This document shows positions 58,476 to 64,000 of a stretch of DNA of 64,000 nucleotides, piece after piece. Under the pieces are notes generated by a model. It saw only the letters and a program-made list of their open reading frames with translations, did not search any database and was not told where the DNA came from. A program made the translations under genes and the position numbers. Origin of the DNA: Eledone cirrhosa. Taxonomy: Eukaryota. Position 1 is the stretch's first letter, and each line of letters starts with the position of its first letter. The stretch lies in the NCBI GenBank assembly GCA_964016885.1, contig OZ024746.1:58032001-58096000 (forward strand), written 5' to 3'.

Positions 58476-59587
58476 AAAGAATAGAGGTGTAACACACAAG
58501 TTATTATATATTGGTAAACGGAATAGAAAAAAAATGCTGACAAATAGTTCACAGTTGAAAAATGGTTTAATTAGGTATAAAAGAGTATTAGTGATTGTAT
58601 GGGTTAGTATTCAGTTGTGGTTTTAAGTTTTTAAGTTTTTACCGGTTGCGCATTTCTAAATGCTTTTCAAAAATAATTTTGAGATAGAGTGTCCGTGTTG
58701 TTTGCTCTGATTTGTATATATATATATATATGTATATAAATTCACATATATATGTGTGTATATATATACAGACACATATATACACAGGATGTCCCCAAAA
58801 TATATACACTCTTCAACAGTATTCTAATAGATATTGCATGTACAATAGAGGTTATCAAAGTGTATATATATATATATATATGCATACATATATTACCCTG
58901 CATCACGAATATATTATTACTTAGACACAATAATAATTACTTAATTGCATACACAGTCATATACGAATACAGTGAGACTTTTATTTGGCACACCCGTACT
59001 GAGACATGCATACAAGCATACCTACATACGAACGTAGGTATATACTTACATCACACACATCCACACATTCCTGCATACATGCACGCATACATACATATTA
59101 TACATACATGGATGCATACATATATACATGCATACATACTTACATAGATGCATACATACATACATGCATACATACTTACATAGATGCATACATACATACA
59201 TAATACATTCATGGTGGCTGCCAACGCGCTTTCGATTACGGCCACTACTTTATATCCATGTAGGAGAACCCCTACCGATGCGCTGATCGAGTGTGACTTT
59301 TTAGTCCAGCCAGCGACTTGAAAACTCTAATACAAACACTACACTTGTGACAATTATTGACATATAGTGCTGGGCCCATGGTACCATGTGACGACAAGTG
59401 CAGAGAGATCTCCAGATATAAAGCAATACCTGTGCCATGAAGTTGTTATAGTGAGCAAAGACACTGCACAAAGCCATTCCCACTCTCTTAACCAAGATGA
59501 TATTTACCAAAAAGAAGAACAAGTCAACATCATACAAACATACATACATACAAACATACATACAAACATACATACTTACAAACATAC

Positions 59588-59656
59588 ATGATGGCTGCCC
59601 CCTCGTTATCGAGTATGGCCATTGCACAATAAAAAAAAAAAAAAAAAAAAAAAAAA

Positions 59657-59731
<75 letters not shown>

Positions 59732-59736
59732 AAAAG

Positions 59737-59769
<33 letters not shown>

Positions 59770-59887
59770 TATACACATATATATACATACACATATATAC
59801 ACACACATACATACACATACATACATATATACACACACACATACATACACATACACTCACACATATATACACACATACATTAATAAC

Positions 59888-59933
<46 letters not shown>

Positions 59934-60012
59934 GCAATAATAATAATAACGACAACAACAATAATAATATACATATTCATATATATATACACACACACGC
60001 ACGCACATAAGC

Positions 60013-60060
<48 letters not shown>

Positions 60061-61245
60061 GATAGCAACTAACAGTGCTGCGATCGAATGTGGCTTTTTA
60101 GCCCAGCCAATGATCTAAAATGTCTTGCACAGAGTCGGCAACCAAAACATTTACTGGGAATAGTCGGCTGTGGTTGGAGTTCGTGTACTTTTGCATGTCG
60201 CTTGAGTCCTCCTGCTGATTTACATTCTCTACCACATGTTTGGCAAGCATGATGAGTAGCATCTCCAACAGCAGCCTGGTAGTCAACCACTGGTCTTACT
60301 TTATGACTGCGAAGATGACTTTCGAGTCCAGCTTTGCTTAGGCAGAGTCTCGCACAGACGCTGCATGTCAGAAACATAGGAGGACCCTCGCCGTCTGGAA
60401 GTGCAACAGCAATACCCTTCCTCACGTCCCGCCTTACTTTCTCGTGTGCGATTCGAGATGCCTCAAAGGCAACTTTTCCCTCATATACAGTCTTTCTCCA
60501 TTTACTACGATCAGCAGCAATATTTTCCCATGTATCAGCAGAGATGTTAGCGTCTTTCAGAGAGGCCTTCAAGGAATCCTTATACCTCTTTTTTGGTTTA
60601 TGTGGCGGTCGTTTTCCTTTAACCAACTCTCCATAGAAGAGTTGTTTTGGTATTCTAGAATCCTTCATCCTGGCAAGGTGACCACTCCAACGGAGTCGCT
60701 GCTTAAGCACAAGAGCTTCTATACTGTCACACATAGAGCTTTCCAAAATCTCGACATCACTGATGTGGTCCCTCCAGTGAACGCCATGCATCCGTCTGAG
60801 ACACATCTGATGGAAACGCTCCAATTGCTTAAGGTGGCGTCGATATGTGACCCAGGTCTCGCAGGCATAAAGAAGACAAGAGAGTACACATGCCCTGTAC
60901 ACCTTTACCTTTGTCCTCCTGCATATGTCTCGCCGACCCCAGAGTCGCCTTTCTAGCTTTCCGAAAGCATCACTTGCTTTCCTAATCCTAAGTGAGATTT
61001 CACTGTCAAGGTTGCCGTATCGATTGACAGTGCTTCCCAGGTAGACAAACTGATCAACCACTCCAAGTCGTTTGCCATACACATAGATGTTTGGTTCAGT
61101 GTACTGCCTACCAGGTGCAGGTTGGTACATGACGACGGTTTTCTTGAGACTGACAGTCAAACCCAGGGCAGTGCAAGCGTCAGAAAATACATTCAAAATG
61201 TGCTGCATATCACTCTCTGTGTGCGCTACAAGAGGGAGCTTATAG
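59588..61245 (-). mobile_element. RTE-clade LINE 3' fragment; the probable 3' tail (59588-59626) is separated by microsatellite expansion
   Basis: ORF 60069-61259: GLTVSLKKT, FVYLGS, LLYACETW, RLRWSGH, RIPKQLFYGEL, then three C2H2 fingers. Confidence 0.88.
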
Positions 61246-62860
61246 ATAGGACAACACACGCTGTCTCTTCGTGGGGTAAGTTTTTAATTAATTTTTGTAT
61301 TCTGAAACATCAAAATACAACAATTTGTTGGTTACTGGACTCGGGAATGTCACGACAGAAGTTTGTGGAAGTTACACAAATATTTTAGTATATTTTAGCA
61401 GAGCAATCCTTATTTATATTTTACATTTACTTACATCTCAATATAACATGGCTAGAATTCAAATTTTGCTAAGAGAAGAAAACGGTCAAATGAACTAGAT
61501 ACATCTCACTGTCCACACCACCACAATAACGTCTACACTCTCTCCCCACCATCACATGTCATTACCATACCATACCCTATCGAGACTAAAGTCATCGACC
61601 TGTTGTCAAACTCTCTACTCTCTGATGAATGTATATATATATATGTGTGTGTATGTATATGTGTGTATATACATCACTCAGTCAAACAACCAGATTTCAA
61701 CCCCAACATCTACAACAACAACAACACCGGCACTAATGTTTACAGCAACAACAGCTTCAGAATGAACAAACATACATACATACATACATACATACATACA
61801 TACATACATACATACATACATACATGCATAGTCTAATACAACGGCGAACATAATATACACTGATGTTACAAGGTTTGAATAGATTCCAGTCATTTATTTT
61901 CATTTGATTTGCAAATTTGACAATATTTGATATGGATAACGTATGATATGCCATAACTAATCATGGCCCCCAGCTAAGATGTTGATATGCTTGATAACAG
62001 AAGCCTTGTGAATTTCCGTTTTATTCCATAAACAAATGGATTTTAAGATAGCGTTGGCTCTTTCTTTCTTATTGACTATGACATCCGACTTTCACAATGG
62101 CCGTTAAAGATGGCAGCCTTTCTATTTCTTTGCAACTAACACTAAGTAAATCTAAGCTACTAAAAGTACAGAGGAACCAGTCAGCCATCTTCGATAATGT
62201 GTTGTCCTTTTGGATAGGGAAAATTTTCATTGATTACTTTTGAGATGATGGAAACATTTGTTCTTGTCAACAGTCAAGAACATTTCAACTTACAATTAAA
62301 TCTATATAGATAATGTTGGTAGTGTTGTTGTTGGTTCTGTTTAGCCCTATGACAATGTTGTTGGAGTCAATTCTCATAAAAGACTTGTCAACAATAACCA
62401 ACGCTTTTATTTCGTTTAGATATATTATGTTTATTTTCTAAGGCTTCAATCGTTAGAGTCCCGTTCACCACATTTGAGGACTCTAATCCACAATGCTGAC
62501 ACACGTACATCGTTGATTTTAAGGGTATATATCGCTAAGCAATATACAGCTATCATCAATAATGTACTAACCAATTCGAAGAAGGAATTTTTCCTCGATA
62601 TTTTTTAGATGAAGAATATATTTTTTGTCGTCAACGGTTTAGGAGATTTCAACAATTTATTGCTGTATATATGTCGTCAGTAGTGAGGTTGGTAGATTTT
62701 GTTGTTTATTTGATTTCATGTTATTCCTGATAAGACGAGTTTTGACAGAAGGCATTCCAACTATCACCAACCCGTATTTTAAGATTATGCCTGTTTTTTT
62801 AAAGAAGTCTCTCAGCTGATGTGTGGGAGATATTGACAGTTATTATTATAAGGTTATGTC

Positions 62861-63050
62861 GGGGATTGGCAGTATCGGTAGAAGGTCGGTGGCCATGCTT
62901 TGCAGCATAGAGCTACGCCCCTTTACAGTCTGAGTTCAAATCCCACCGAGCTTCACTTTCCCTTTCATCCTTACGGGGTCGATGAAATAAAGTACCAGTA
63001 ATGTACTAGGATAATTTCTGGTCTTGTGCCAAAAGTAGAATCAATTATTA
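62861..63050 (+). mobile_element. tRNA-derived SINE, full length
   Basis: Same head, central domain and tail as at 19510. Confidence 0.85.
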
Positions 63051-64000
63051 TAAGGTTAGGTGACCATCGTTGTTAGGTGTGATTCTGATACTATTGCTGT
63101 TTATCTTACAATGATTGTCGTTAGTTCAAGCAAATATATGGAAATCTTTCAGAGAATATTTCAAGATTATCCATAAATTAATATGCAATATCATTATTGT
63201 TCAAAATGCCACTGAAGATTTGTTTCCTCTTTTTTCTCAGTATCTCGAACGTTTCCAAAAGTCGTTTACATGTGTGACCCATTCTTCTGATTAAATTAGT
63301 AATACAAACAAAATACCGCTGTCGTATATAGATTTACAATCTGTAAAATGCCTTCCGACACTGGAAACAGTATAGTACTCGAATTGTGAAAACAAATATG
63401 GGTAAATAGTTAACAAGTTCGCACCAAAATGTTATGCTTTCGCGTTCTATTCCTCTGTGTGGTATCTTGTGCAAGTGTCCATATCATAATCTTAAGTGGA
63501 ATCATACATTTGTCCAAATTATTCTGTATGATATTACGAAAGGGGTACATGTGCAAGTGAAATTCACTCACACTTATATTCAAGATTGATTGTGCTTAAA
63601 ATTCAAAGGTCTAGAGTTATAATATATTGTGTCACGGTGATACGGCTTGGGAATTATGATAACATTACATGTGTCTCTGGAATATACAGCAAATAACTCT
63701 TTATATTCGTGAGTTCATCATTCAGTTTATTGTAAGCCTGAGCGCTCACCGCTGTACCCAACCGAAAATCCTTCATTGTGTATGTAGGAGACATGAAGAA
63801 ATAGAGTTATACATGTTGGTAGCACATATAACAAAACATTCTATGGAAAGAAATCCTGCTGTTAGCTACATCATCTAAGAAAATCAATTCCAACATGTCA
63901 GCCATTTTATATAATGACAGAGACAAGTCTTAAAACTCATGTAAGGGATTATTGCTGAAATCAGACATAGTTTTAATAGGATGATTATCCAAGCTGGCGC

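Noticed and set aside
60069-60370. Host C2H2 zinc-finger gene
   Set aside because: The fingers are in frame with RTE RT C-terminal motifs, so they belong to the LINE ORF
63429-63500. Signal-peptide-like start MLCFRVLFLCVVSCAS
   Set aside because: Too short, with no supported splice donor or downstream exon in the window

Overview
AT-rich, microsatellite-saturated animal DNA. A cephalopod/octopus origin is inferred from the repeat content but not proven. No host protein-coding gene can be supported; almost everything is retroelement-derived. (1) About ten Tx1/L1-clade non-LTR copies from at least three subfamilies, one near full length (6.7-12.4 kb), are stacked strand-specifically in (GATA)n/(TATC)n microsatellites. 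(2) There are RTE and RTE-X-like fragments, two with twin-priming 5' inversions in (TA)n. (3) There are two types of tRNA-derived SINE. (4) There are many Penelope-like element (PLE) remnants: GIY-YIG fragments plus fold-back palindromes in (TA)n that carry minimal hammerhead ribozymes (HHR). The main highlights are a 5.1-copy, apparently identical 472-bp non-coding tandem array with one HHR per unit (retrozyme-like, 46.4-48.8 kb), a diverse set of HHR families including U3-A8 core variants, and an inverted repeat at 57.0-57.7 kb whose arms differ mostly by A-to-G in an ADAR-like context (a candidate retrotransposed hyper-edited RNA). Also notable are a splice-donor-like motif conserved at the Tx1 ORF1/ORF2 junction and an RTE-tailed non-autonomous element with an HDV-like ribozyme remnant. 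All alignments and folds were done by eye, so boundaries are approximate.
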